From contig JBHGNT010000010.1 of the NCBI GenBank assembly GCA_043228905.1, positions 310,001-374,000 of the forward strand: DNA of 64,000 nt. The letters run 5' to 3'. Below the pieces are notes generated by a model. It was not told the origin of the DNA and ran no database searches. It was given only the letters and a program-made list of their open reading frames with translations. The number at the start of each line of letters is the position of its first letter. Position 1 is the first letter of the stretch. Of the stretch, positions 41,281 through 55,403 are shown one piece after another. This stretch comes from Azolla caroliniana (taxonomy: Eukaryota > Plantae > Polypodiophyta). A program made the position numbers and the translations under genes.

Positions 41281-43188
41281 CTCTCAACTCCTTCTTCTAA
41301 CTTGCCAATTTCTTCATGTCTCTCGAATCATAGGTAGCGTTGTTAGCTTCGAATCGCATGTTTGAACACAAAAATCCGATATCACATGGGCCAGGTATGA
41401 ACATTTTAATTTACTCACGGGCTCTTCTCAACTCCCTGTTCTAACTTGCCAATTTCTTCATGTCTCTCGACCTGAGTTTCAAGATCTTGATTTTTTAATT
41501 CCATATCATAGGTAGTGTTGTTAGCTTGGATTCGCATCTTTGAACACAAAAATCTAGTATCACACGAGCCAGGTATGAACATTTTAAATTAGTCACGGGC
41601 TCTTCTCAACTCCCTCCTCAAATTTGGTAATTTCTTCATGTCTCTCGACCTGAGTTTCAAAATCTTGATTTTTTAATTCCATATCATAGGTAGTGTTGTT
41701 AGCTTCGATTCGCATCTTTGAACACAAAAATCTAGTATCACACGAGCCAGGTATGAACATTTTAAATTAGTCACGGGCTCTTCTCAACTCCCTCCTCAAA
41801 TTTGGTAATTTCTTCATGTCTCTCGACCTGAGTTTCAAAATCTGGATTTTTTAATTCCATATCATAGGTAGCGTTGTTAGCTTCGATTCGCATGTTTGAA
41901 CACAGAAATCCGGGATCACACGAGCCAGGTATGAACATTTTAAATTAGTCACGGGCTCTTCTCAACTCCCTCCTCAAATTTGGTAATTTCTTCATGTCTC
42001 TCGCCCTGAGTTTCAAAATCCTGATTTTTTAATTCCATATCTTAGGTAGCATTGTGAGCTTCGAATCGCAAGTTTGAACACAAAAATCCGAGATCACACG
42101 AGCCAAGTATGAACATTTTAATTTACTCACGGGCTCTTCTCAACTCCCTCTTCTAAATTGCCAATTTCTTCTTGCCAGGTATGAAAATTTTAAATTAGTC
42201 ACGGGCTCTTCTCAACTCCCTCCTCAAATTTGGTAATTTCTTCATGTCTCTCGACCTGAGTTTCAAAATCTTGATTTTTTAATTCCATATCCTAGGTAGC
42301 GTTGTTAGCTTCGAATCGAAAGTTTGAACACAAAAATCCGAGATCACACGAGCCAGGTATGAACATTTTAAATTAGTCACGGGCACTTCTCAACTCCCTC
42401 CTCAAATTTGGTAATTTCTTCATGTCTCTCGACCTGAGTTTCAAAATCTTGATTTTTTAATTCCATATCATAGGTAGCGTTATTAGCTTCGATTCGCATG
42501 TTTGAACACAGAAATCCGGGATCACACGAGCCAGGTATGAACATTTTAATTTATTCACGCGCTCTTCTCAACTCCCTCCTCAAATTTGGTAATTTCTTCA
42601 TGTCTCTCGACCTGAGTTTCAAAATCTTGATTTCTTCATTCTATATCATAGCTAGCATTAGCTTCGAATCGCATGTTTGAACACAAAAATCCGATATCAC
42701 ATGGGCCAGGTATGAACATTTTAATTTACTCACAGGCTCTTCTCAACTCCCTCTTCTAACTTGCCAATTTCTTCATTTCTCTCGACTTGAGTTTCAAAAT
42801 CTTGATTTCTTAATTCTATATCATAGCTAGTGTTGTTAGCTTCGATTCGCATCTTTGAACACAAAAATCCGGGATCACACGAGCCAGGTATGAACATTTT
42901 AATTTACTCACGCGCTCTTCTCAACTCCCTCCTCAAATTTGGTAATTTCTTCATGTCTCTCGACCTGAGTTTCAAAATCTTGATTTTTTAATTCCATATC
43001 TTAGGTAGCGTTGTTAGCTTCGAATCGCATGTTTGAACACAAAAATCCGAGATCACACGAGCCAGGTATGAACATTTTAAATTAGTCACGGGCTCTTCTC
43101 AACTCCCTCCTCAAATTTGGTAATTTCTTCATGTCTCTCGACCTGAGTTTCAAAATCTTGATTTTTTAATTCCATATCATAGGTAGCG

Positions 43189-43375
43189 TTGTTAGCTTCG
43201 ATTCGCATGTTTGAACACAGAAATCCGGGATCACACGAGCCAGGTATGAACATTTTAATTTATTCACGCGCTCTTCTCAACTCCCTCCTCAAATTTGGTA
43301 ATTTCTTCACGGGCTCCTGTCAACTCCTTCTTCTAACTTGCCAATTTCTTCATGTCTCTCGAATCATAGGTAGCG
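43189..43375 (+). repeat. 187-bp composite monomer (43-bp extra segment plus 34-bp deletion); 7 copies, junctions ~43307, 50946, 54337, 55236, 56491, 60236, 61491
   Basis: ...aaatttggtaatttct-TCA-cgggctcctctcaactccttcttctaacttgccaattt...tctcga|atcatagg. This explains the seven 70-aa ORFs (+9 bp). Confidence 0.93.
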
Positions 43376-46300
43376 TTGTTAGCTTCGAATCGCATGTTTG
43401 AACACAAAAATCCGATATCACATGGGCCAGGTATGAACATTTTAATTTACTCACTGGATCTTCTCAACTCCCTCGTCTAACTTGCCAATTTCTTCATGTC
43501 TCTCGACCTGAGTTTCAAAGTCTTGATTTTTTAATTCCATATCATAGGTAGTGTTGTTAGCTTCGATTCGCATCTTTGAACACAAAAATCTGGTATCACA
43601 CGAGCCAGGTATGAAAATTTTAATTTACTCACGCGCTCTTCTCAACTCCCTCTTCTAACTTGCTAATTTCTTCATGTCTCTTGACCTGAGTTTCAAAATC
43701 TTGATTTTTTAATTCCATATCTTAGGTAGCGTTGTTAGCTTCGATTCGCATCTTTGAACACAAAAATCCGGGATCACACGAGCCAGGTATGAACATTTTA
43801 AATTACTCACGGGCTTTTCTCAACTCCCTCTTCCAACTTGCCAATTTCTTCATGTCTCTCGACCTGAGTTTCAAAATCTTGATTGTTTAATTCCATATCA
43901 TAGGTAGCGTTGTTAGCTTCGATTCGCATGTTTGAACACAGAAATCCGGGATCACACGAGCCAGGTATGAACATTTTAATTTATTCACGCGCTCTTCTCA
44001 ACTCCCTCCTCAAATTTGGTAATTTCTTCATGTCTCTCGACCTGAGTTTCAAAATCTGGATTTTTTAATTCCATATCATAGGTAGCGTTGTTAGCTTCGA
44101 TTCGCATGTTTGAACACAGAAATCCGGGATCACACGAGCCAGGTATGAACATTTTAATTTATTCACGCGCTCTTCTCAACTCCCTCCTCAAATTTGGTAA
44201 TTTCTTCATGTCTCTCGACCTGAGTTTCAAAATCTGGATTTTTTAATTCTATATCATAGCTAGCATTGTTAGCTTCGATTCGTATCTTTGAACACAAAAA
44301 TCCGGGATCACACGAGCCAGGTATGAACATTTTAATTTACTCACGCGCTCTTCTCAACTCCCTCCTCAAATTTGGTAATTTCTTCATGTCTCTCGACCTG
44401 AGTTTCAAAATCTTGATTTTTTAATTCCAAATCTTAGGTAGCGTTGTTAGCTTCGATTCGCATCTTTGAACACAAAAATCCGGGATCACACGAGCCAGGT
44501 ATGAACATTTTAAATTACTCACGGGGTCTTCTCAACTCCCTCCTCAAATTTGGTAATTTCTTCATGTCTCTCGACCTGAGTTTCAAAATCTTGATTTTTT
44601 AATTCCATATCTTAGGTAGCGTTGTTAGCTTCGAATCGCATGTTTAAACACAAAAATCCGAGATCACACGAGCCAGGTATGAACATTTTAAATTAGTCAC
44701 GGGCTCTTCTCAACTCCCTCCTCAAATTTGGTAATTTCTTCATGTCTCTCGACCTGAGTTTCAAAATCTTGATTTTTTAATTCCATATCATAGGTAGCGT
44801 TGTTAGCTTCGATTCGCATGTTTGAACACAGAAATCCGGGATCACACGAGCCAGGTATGAACATTTTAATTTATTCACGCGCTCTTCTCAACTCCCTCCT
44901 CAAATTTGGTAATTTCTTTATGTCTCTCGACCTGAGTTTGAAAATCTTGATTTTTTAATTCTATATCATAGCTAGCATTGTTAGCTTCGATTCGTATCTT
45001 TGAACACAAAAATCCGGGATCACACGAGCCAGGTATGAACATTTTAATTTACTCACGCGCTCTTCTCAACTCCCTCCTCAAATTTGGTAATTTCTTCATG
45101 TCTCTCGACCTGAGTTTCAAAATCTTGATTTTTTAATTCCAAATCTTAGGTAGCGTTGTTAGCTTCGATTCGCATCTTTGAACACAAAAATCCGGGATCA
45201 CACGAGCCAGGTATGAACATTTTAAATTACTCACGGGGTCTTCTCAACTCCCTCCTCAAATTTGGTAATTTCTTCATGTCTCTCGACCTGAGTTTCAAAA
45301 TCTTGATTTTTTAATTCCATATCTTAGGTAGCGTTGTTAGCTTCGAATCGCATGTTTGAACACAAAAATCCGAGATCACACGAGCCAGGTATGAACATTT
45401 TAAATTAGTCACGGGCTCTTCTCAACTCCCTCCTCAAATTTGGTAATTTCTTCATGTCTCTCGACTTGAGTTTCAAAATCTTGATTTTTTAATTCCATAT
45501 CTTAGGTAGCGTTGTTAGCTTCGAATCGCATGTTTGAACACAAAAATCCGAGATCACACGAGCCAGGTATGAACATTTTAAATTAGTCACGGGCTCTTCT
45601 CAACTCCCTCCTCAAATTTGGTAATTTCTTCATGTCTCTCGACCTGAGTTTCAAAATCTTGATTTTTTAATTCCATATCATAGGTAGCGTTGTTAGCTTC
45701 GATTCGCATGTTTGAACACAGAAATCCGGGATCACACGAGCCAGGTATGAACATTTTAAATTACTCACGGGCTCTTCTCAACTCCCTCTTCTAACTTGCC
45801 AATTTCTTCATGTCTCTCGACCTGAGTTTCAAAATCTTGTTTTTTTAATTCCATATCATAGCTAGCATTGTTAGCTTCGATTCGCATGTTTGAACACAGA
45901 AATCCGGGATCACACGAGCCAGGTATGAACATTTTAATTTATTCACGCGCTCTTCTCAACTCCCTCCTCAAATTTGGTAATTTCTTCATGTCTCTCGACC
46001 TGAGTTTCAAAATCTTGATTGTGTAATTCCATATCATAGGTAGCGTTGTTAGCTTCGATTCGCATGTTTGAACACAGAAATCCGGGATCATACGAGCCAG
46101 GTATGAACATTTTAATTTATTCACGCGCTCTTCTCAACTCCCTCCTCAAATTTGGTAATTTCTTCATGTCTCTCGACCTGAGTTTCAAAATCTTGATTTT
46201 TTAATTCTATATCATAGCTAGCATTGTTAGCTTCGATTCGTATCTTTGAACACAAAAATCCGGGATCACACGAGCCAGGTATGAACATTTTAATTTACTC

Positions 46301-46441
46301 ACGGGCTCCTCTCAACTCCCTCCTCAAATTTGGTAATTTCTTCATGTCTCTCGACCTGAGTTTCAAAATCTTGATTTTTTAATTCCAAATCTTAGGTAGC
46401 GTTGTTAGCTTCGATTTGCATCTTTGAACACAAAAATCCGG

Positions 46442-48255
46442 GATCACACGAGCCAGGTATGAACATTTTAAATTACTCACCGGGTCTTCTCAACTCCCTC
46501 CTCAAATTTGGTAATTTCTTCATGTCTCTCGACCTGAGTTTCAAAATCTTGATTTTTTAACTCCATATCATAGGTAGCGTTGTTAGCTTCGATTCGCATG
46601 TTTGAACACAGAAATCCGGGATCACACGAGCCAGGTATGAACATTTTAATTTACGAACGGGCTCCTCTCAACTCCTTCTTCTAACTTTCCAATTTCTTCA
46701 TGTCTCTCGACCTGAGTTTCAAAATCTTGATTTTTTAATTCTATATCTTAGGCAGCGTTGTTAGCTTCGATTCGCATGTTTGAACACAGAAATCCGGGAT
46801 CACAGGAGCCAGGTATGAACATTTTAATTTATTCACGCGCTCTTCTCAACTCCCTCCTCAAATTTGGTAATTTCTTCATGTCTCTCGACCTGAGTTTCAA
46901 AATCTTGATTGTTTAATTCCATATCATAGGTAGCGTTGTTAGCTTCGATTCGCATGTTTGAACACAGAAATCCGGGATCACACGAGCCAGGTATGAACAT
47001 TTTAATTTATTCACGCGCTCTTCTCAACTCCCTCCTCAAATTTGGTAATTTCTTCATGTCTCTCGACCTGAGTTTGAAAATCTTGATTTTTTAATTCTAT
47101 ATCATAGCTAGCATTGTTAGCTTCGATTCGTATCTTTGAACACAAAAATCCGGGATCACACGAGCCAGGTATGAACATTTTAATTTACTCACGCGCTCTT
47201 CTCAACTCCCTCCTCAAATTTGGTAATTTCTTCATGTCTCTCGACCTGAGTTTCAAAATCTTGATTTTTTAATTCCATATCTTAGGTAGCGTTGTTAGCT
47301 TCGAATCGCATGTTTGAACACAAAAATCCGAGATCACACGAGCCAGGTATGAACATTTTAAATTACTCACCGGGTCTTCTCAACTCCCTCCTCAAATTTG
47401 GTAATTTCTTCATGTCTCTCGACCTGAGTTTCAAAATCTTGATTTTTTAACTCCATATCATAGGTAGCGTTGTTAGCTTCGATTCGCATGTTTGAACACA
47501 GAAATCCGGGATCACACGAGCCAGGTATGAACATTTTAATTTACGAACGGGCTCCTCTCAACTCCTTCTTCTAACTTTCCAATTTCTTCATGTCTCTCGA
47601 CCTGAGTTTCAAAATCTTGATTTTTTAATTCTATATCTTAGGCAGCGTTGTTAGCTTCGATTCGCATGTTTGAACACAGAAATCCGGGATCACAGGAGCC
47701 AGGTATGAACATTTTAATTTATTCACGCGCTCTTCTCAACTCCCTCCTCAAATTTGGTAATTTCTTCATGTCTCTCGACCTGAGTTTCAAAATCTTGATT
47801 GTTTAATTCCATATCATAGGTAGCGTTGTTAGCTTCGATTCGCATGTTTGAACACAGAAATCCGGGATCACACGAGCCAGGTATGAACATTTTAATTTAT
47901 TCACGCGCTCTTCTCAACTCCCTCCTCAAATTTGGTAATTTCTTCATGTCTCTCGACCTGAGTTTGAAAATCTTGATTTTTTAATTCTATATCATAGCTA
48001 GCATTGTTAGCTTCGATTCGTATCTTTGAACACAAAAATCCGGGATCACACGAGCCAGGTATGAACATTTTAATTTACTCACGCGCTCTTCTCAACTCCC
48101 TCCTCAAATTTGGTAATTTCTTCATGTCTCTCGACCTGAGTTTCAAAATCTTGATTTTTTAATTCCATATCTTAGGTAGCGTTGTTAGCTTCGAATCGCA
48201 TGTTTGAACACAAAAATCCGAGATCACACGAGCCAGGTATGAACATTTTAAATTA
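46442..48255 (+). repeat. 5-monomer higher-order repeat (890 bp), two tandem copies
   Basis: ttacgaacgg at 46651/47541, tcaccgggtc in lines 46471/47361 and cacaggagcc at 46801/47691. Confidence 0.92.
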
Positions 48256-49694
48256 GTCACGGGCTCTTCTCAACTCCCTCCTCAAATTTGGTAATTTCTT
48301 CATGTCTCTCGACCTGAGTTTCAAAGTCTTGATTTCTTAATTCCATATCATAGGTAGTGTTGTTAGCTTCGATTCGCATCTTTGAACACAAAAATCTGGT
48401 ATCACACGAGCCACGTATGAAAATTTTAATTTACTCACGCGCTCTTCTCAACTCCCTCTTCTAACTTGCTAATTTCTTCATGTCTCTTGACCTGAGTTTC
48501 AAAATCTTGATTTTTTAATTCCATATCTTAGGTAGCGTTGTTAGCTTCGATTCGCATCTTTGAACACAAAAATCCGGGATCACACGAGCCAGGTATGAAC
48601 ATTTTAAATTACTCACGGGCTCTTCTCAACTCCCTCTTCCAACTTGCCAATTTCTTCATGTCTCTCGACCTGAGTTTCAAAATCTTGATTGTTTAATTCC
48701 ATATCATAGGTAGCGTTGTTAGCTTCGATTCGCATGTTTGAACACAGAAATCCGGGATCACACGAGCCAGGTATGAACATTTTAATTTATTCACGCGCTC
48801 TTCTCAACTCCCTCCTCAAATTTGGTAATTTCTTCATGTCTCTCGACCTGAGTTTCAAAATCTGGATTTTTTAATTCCATATCATAGGTAGCGTTGTTAG
48901 CTTCGATTCGCATGTTTGAACACAGAAATCCGGGATCACACGAGCCAGGTATGAACATTTTAATTTATTCACGCGCTCTTCTCAACTCCCTCCTCAAATT
49001 TGGTAATTTCTTCATGTCTCTCGACCTGAGTTTCAAAATCTGGATTTTTTAATTCTATATCATAGCTAGCATTGTTAGCTTCGATTCGTATCTTTGAACA
49101 CAAAAATCCGGGAACACACGAGCCAGGTATGAACATTTTAATTTACTCACGCGCTCTTCTCAACTCCCTCCTCAAATTTGGTAATTTCTTCATGTCTCTC
49201 GACCTGAGTTTCAAAATCTTGATTTTTTAATTCCAAATCTTAGGTAGCGTTGTTAGCTTCGATTCGCATCTTTGAACACAAAAATCCGGGATCACACGAG
49301 CCAGGTATGAACATTTTAAATTACTCACGGGGTCTTCTCAACTCCCTCCTCAAATTTGGTAATTTCTTCATGTCTCTCGACCTGAGTTTCAAAATCTTGA
49401 TTTTTTAATTCCATATCTTAGGTAGCGTTGTTAGCTTCGAATCGCATGTTTAAACACAAAAATCCGAGATCACACGAGCCAGGTATGAACATTTTAAATT
49501 AGTCACGGGCTCTTCTCAACTCCCTCCTCAAATTTGGTAATTTCTTCATGTCTCTCGACCTGAGTTTCAAAATCTTGATTTTTTAATTCCATATCATAGG
49601 TAGCGTTGTTAGCTTCGATTCGCATGTTTGAACACAGAAATCCGGGATCACACGAGCCAGGTATGAACATTTTAATTTATTCACGCGCTCTTCT

Positions 49695-49715
49695 CAACTC
49701 CCTCTCTCTCGACCT
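49695..49715 (+). repeat. 24-bp deletion junction (154-bp monomer)
   Basis: caactccctc|tctctcgacc lacks ctcaaatttggtaatttcttcatg. Offset 43189 to 50828 = 43x178+9-24. Confidence 0.9.
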
Positions 49716-52700
49716 GAGTTTCAAAATCTTGATTTTTTAATTCTATATCATAGCTAGCATTGTTAGCTTCGAATCGCATGTTTGAACACAAAAATCCGAT
49801 ATCACATGGGCCAGGTATGAACATTTTAATTTACTCACAGGCTCTTCTCAACTCCCTCTTCTAACTTGCCAATTTCTTCATGTCTCTCGACCTGAGTTTC
49901 AAAATCTTGATTTCTTAATTCTATATCATAGCTAGTGTTGTTATCTTCGATTCGCATCTTTGAACACAAAAATCCGGGATCACACGAGCCAGGTATGAAC
50001 ATTTTAATTTACTCACGCGCTCTTCTCAACTCCCTCCGGAAATTTGGTAATTTCTTCATGTCTCTCGACCTGAGTTTCAAAATCTTGATTTTTTAATTCC
50101 ATATCTTAGGTAGCGTTGTTAGCTTCGATTCGCATCTTTGAACACAAAAATCCGGGATCACACGAGCCAGGTATGAACATTTTAAATTACTCACGGGCTC
50201 TTCTCAACTCCCTCTTCTAACTTGCCAATTTCTTCATGTCTCTCGACCTGAGTTTCAAAATCTTGATTGTTTAATTCCATATCATAGGTAGCGTTGTTAG
50301 CTTCGATTCGCATGTTTGAACACAGAAATCCGGGATCACACGAGCCAGGTATGAACATTTTAATTTATTCACGCGCTCTTCTCAACTCCCTCCTCAAATT
50401 TGGTAATTTCTTCATGTCTCTCGACCTGAGTTTCAAAATCTTGATTGTTGAATTCCATATCATAGGTAGCGTTGTTAGCTTCGATTCGCATGTTTGAACA
50501 CAGAAATCCGGGATCACACGAGCCAGGTATGAACATTTTAATTTATTCACGCGCTCTTCTCAACTCCCTCCTCAAATTTGGTAATTTCTTCATGTCTCTC
50601 GACCTGAGTTTCAAAATCTTGATTTTTTAATTCCATATCTTAGGTAGCGTTGTTAGCTTCGAATCGCATGTTTGAACACAAAAATCCGAGATCACACGAG
50701 CCAGGTATGAACATTTTAAATTAGTCACGGGCTCTTCTCAACTCCCTCCTCAAATTTGGTAATTTCTTCATGTCTCTCGACCTGAGTTTCAAAATCTTGA
50801 TTTTTTAATTCCATATCATAGGTAGCGTTGTTAGCTTCGATTCGCATGTTTGAACATAGAAATCCGGGATCACACGAGCGAGGTATGAACATTTTAATTT
50901 ATTCACGCGCTCTTCTCAACTCCCTCCTCAAATTTGGTAATTTCTTCACGGGCTCCTCTCAACTCCTTCTTCTAACTTGCCAATTTCCTCATGTCTCTCG
51001 AATCATAGGTAGCGTTGTTAGCTTCGAATCGCATGTTTGAACACAGAAATCCGATATCACATGGGCCAGGTATGAACATTTTAATTTACTCACTGGCTTT
51101 TCTCAACTCCCTCCTCAAATTTGGTAATTTCTTCATGTCTCTTGACCTGAGTTTCAAAATCTTGATTTTTTAAATCCATATCATAGGTAGCGTTGTTAGC
51201 TTCGATTCGCATCTTTGAACACAAAAATCCGGGATCACACGAGCCAGGTATGAACATTTTAAATTACTCACGGGCTCTTCTCAACTCCCTCTTCTAACTT
51301 GCCAATTTCTTCATGTCTCTCGACCTGAGTTTCAAAATCTTGATTGTTTAATTCCATATCATAGGTAGCGTTGTTAGCTTCGATTCGCATGTTTGAACAC
51401 AGAAATCCGGGATCACACGAGCCAGGTATGAACATTTTAATTTATTCACGCGCTCTTCTCAACTCCCTCCTCAAATTTGGTAATTTCTTCATGTCTCTCG
51501 ACCTGAGTTTCAAAATCTTGATTGTGTAATTCCATATCATAGGTAGCGTTGTTAGCTTCGATTCGCATGTTTGAACACAGAAATCCGGGATCACACGAGC
51601 CAGGTATGAACATTTTAATTTATTCACGCGCTCTTCTCAACTCCCTCCTCAAATTTGGTAATTTCTTCATGTCTCTCGACCTGAGTTTCAAAATCTTGAT
51701 TTTTTAATTCTATATCATAGCTAGCATTGTTAGCTTCGATTCGTATCTTTGAACACAAAAATCCGGAATCACACGAGCCAGGTATGAACATTTTAATTTA
51801 CTCACGCGCTCTTCTCAACTCCCTCCTCAAATTTGGTAATTTCTTCATGTCTCTCGACCTGAGTTTCAAAATCTTGATTTTTTAATTCCAAATCTTAGGT
51901 AGCGTTGTTAGCTTCGATTCGCATCTTTGAACACAAAAATCCGGGATCACACGAGCCAGGTATGAACATTTTAAATTACTCACGGGGTCTTCTCAACTCC
52001 CTCCTCAAATTTGGTAATTTCTTCATGTCTCTCGACCTGAGTTTCAAAATCTTGATTTTTTAACTCCATATCATAGGTAGCGTTGTTAGCTTCGATTCGC
52101 ATGTTTGAACACAGAAATCCGGGATCACACGAGCCAGGTATGAACATTTTAATTTACGAACGGGCTCCTCTCAACTCCTTCTTCTAACTTTCCAATTTCT
52201 TCATGTCTCTCGACCTGAGTTTCAAAATCTTGATTTTTTAATTCTATATCTTAGGCAGCGTTGTTAGCTTCGATTCGCATGTTTGAACACAGAAATCCGG
52301 GATCACACGAGCCAGGTATGAACATTTTAATTTATTCACGCGCTCTTCTCAACTCCCTCCTCAAATTTGGTAATTTCTTCATGTCTCTCGACCTGAGTTT
52401 CAAAATCTTGATTGTTTAATTCCATATCATAGGTAGCGTTGTTAGCTTCGATTCGCATGTTTGAACACAGAAATCCGGGATCACACGAGCCAGGTATGAA
52501 CATTTTAATTTATTCACGCGCTCTTCTCAACTCCCTCCTCAAATTTGGTAATTTCTTTATGTCTCTCGACCTGAGTTTGAAAATCTTGATTTTTTAATTC
52601 TATATCATAGCTAGCATTGTTAGCTTCGATTCGTATCTTTGAACACAAAAATCCGGGATCACACGAGCCAGGTATGAACATTTTAATTTACTCACGCGCT

Positions 52701-53586
52701 CTTCTCAACTCCCTCCTCAAATTTGGTAATTTCTTCATGTCTCTCGACCTGAGTTTCAAAATCTTGATTTTTTAATTCCAAATCTTAGGTAGCGTTGTTA
52801 GCTTCGATTCGCATCTTTGAACACAAAAATCCGGGATCACACGAGCCAGGTATGAACATTTTAAATTACTCACGGGGTCTTCTCAACTCCCTCCTCAAAT
52901 TTGGTAATTTCTTCATGTCTCTCGACCTGAGTTTCAAAATCTTGATTTTTTAATTCCATATCTTAGGTAGCGTTGTTAGCTTCGAATCGCATGTTTGAAC
53001 ACAAAAATCCGAGATCACACGAGCCAGGTATGAACATTTTAAATTAGTCACGGGCTCTTCTCAACTCCCTCCTCAAATTTGGTAATTTCTTCATGTCTCT
53101 CGACTTGAGTTTCAAAATCTTGATTTTTTAATTCCATATCTTAGGTAGCGTTGTTAGCTTCGAATCGCATGTTTGAACACAAAAATCCGAGATCACACGA
53201 GCCAGGTATGAACATTTTAAATTAGTCACGGGCTCTTCTCAACTCCCTCCTCAAATTTGGTAATTTCTTCATGTCTCTCGACCTGAGTTTCAAAATCTTG
53301 ATTTTTTAATTCCATATCATAGGTAGCGTTGTTAGCTTCGATTCGCATGTTTGAACACAGAAATCCGGGATCACACGAGCCAGGTATGAACATTTTAATT
53401 TATTCACGCGCTCTTCTCAACTCCCTCCTCAAATTTGGTAATTTCTTCATGTCTCTCGACCTGAGTTTCAAAATCTTGATTTTTTAATTCTATATCATAG
53501 CTAGCATTGTTAGCTTCGAATCGCATGTTTGAACACAAAAATCCGATATCACATGGGCCAGGTATGAACATTTTAATTTACTCACA

Positions 53587-55403
53587 GGCTCTTCTCAACT
53601 CCCTCTTCTAACTTGCCAATTTCTTCATGTCTCTCGACCTGAGTTTCAAAATCTTGATTTCTTAATTCTATATCATAGCTAGTGTTGTTAGCTTCGATTC
53701 GCATCTTTGAACACAAAAATCCGGGATCACACGAGCCAGGTATGAACATTTTAATTTACTCACGCGCTCTTCTCAACTCCCTCCGGAAATTTGGTAATTT
53801 CTTCATGTCTCTCGACCTGAGTTTCAAAATCTTGATTTTTTAATTCTATATCATAACTAGCATTGTTAGCTTCGATTCGGATCTTTGAACACAAAAATCC
53901 GGGATCACACGAGCCAGGTATGAACATTTTAATTTACTCACGCGCTCTTCTCAACTCCCTCCTCAAATTTGGTAATTTCTTCATGTCTCTCGACCTGAGT
54001 TTCAAAATCTTGATTTTTTAATTCCATATCTTAGGTAGCGTTGTTAGCTTCGAATCGCATGTTTGAACACAAAAATCCGAGATCACACGAGCCAGGTATG
54101 AACATTTTAAATTAGTCACGGGCTCTTCTCAACTCCCTCCTCAAATTTGGTAATTTCTTCATGTCTCTCGACCTGAGTTTCAAAATCTTGATTTTTTAAT
54201 TCCATATCATAGGTAGCGTTGTTAGCTTCGATTCAAATGTTTGAACACAGAAATCCGGGATCACACGAGCCAGGTATGAACATTTTAATTTATTCACGCG
54301 CTCTTCTCAACTCCCTCCTCAAATTTGGTAATTTCTTCACGGGCTCCTCTCAACTCCTTCTTCTAACTTGCCAATTTCTTCATGTCTCTCGAATCATAGG
54401 TAGCGTTGTTAGCTTCGAATCGCATGTTTGAACACAAAAATCCGATATCACATGGGCCAGGTATGAACATTTTAATTTACTCACTGGCTCTTCTCAACTC
54501 CCTCTTCTAACTTGCCAATTTCTTCATGTCTCTCGACCTGAGTTTCAAAATCTTGATTTCTTAATTCTATATCATAGCTAGTGTTGTTAGCTTCGATTCG
54601 CATCTTTGAACACAAAAATCCGGGATCACACGAGCCAGGTATGAACATTTTAATTTACTCACGCGCTCTTCTCAACTCCCTCCGGAAATTTGGTAATTTC
54701 TTCATGTCTCTCGACCTGAGTTTCAAAATCTTGATTTTTTAATTCTATATCATAACTAGCATTGTTAGCTTCGATTCGGATCTTTGAACACAAAAATCCG
54801 GGATCACACGAGCCAGGTATGAACATTTTAATTTACTCACGCGCTCTTCTCAACTCCCTCCTCAAATTTGGTAATTTCTTCATGTCTCTCGACCTGAGTT
54901 TCAAAATCTTGATTTTTTAATTCCATATCTTAGGTAGCGTTGTTAGCTTCGAATCGCATGTTTGAACACAAAAATCCGAGATCACACGAGCCAGGTATGA
55001 ACATTTTAAATTAGTCACGGGCTCTTCTCAACTCCCTCCTCAAATTTGGTAATTTCTTCATGTCTCTCGACCTGAGTTTCAAAATCTTGATTTTTTAATT
55101 CCATATCATAGGTAGCGTTGTTAGCTTCGATTCAAATGTTTGAACACAGAAATCCGGGATCACACGAGCCAGGTATGAACATTTTAATTTATTCACGCGC
55201 TCTTCTCAACTCCCTCCTCAAATTTGGTAATTTCTTCACGGGCTCCTCTCAACTCCTTCTTCTAACTTGCCAATTTCTTCATGTCTCTCGAATCATAGGT
55301 AGCGTTGTTAGCTTCGAATCGCATGTTTGAACACAAAAATCCGATATCACATGGGCCAGGTATGAACATTTTAATTTACTCACTGGCTCTTCTCAACTCC
55401 CTC
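53587..55403 (+). repeat. 5-monomer higher-order repeat (899 bp = 4x178+187), two tandem copies
   Basis: tccggaaat at 53782/54681 and cataactag at 53852/54751. ORFs 54219/55118. Confidence 0.92.

Noticed and set aside
27541-42665. Small indels (1 bp at ~27546; 3 bp at ~39337 and ~42659)
   Set aside because: These are singleton slippage events in short repeats or possible sequencing errors, with no further significance.
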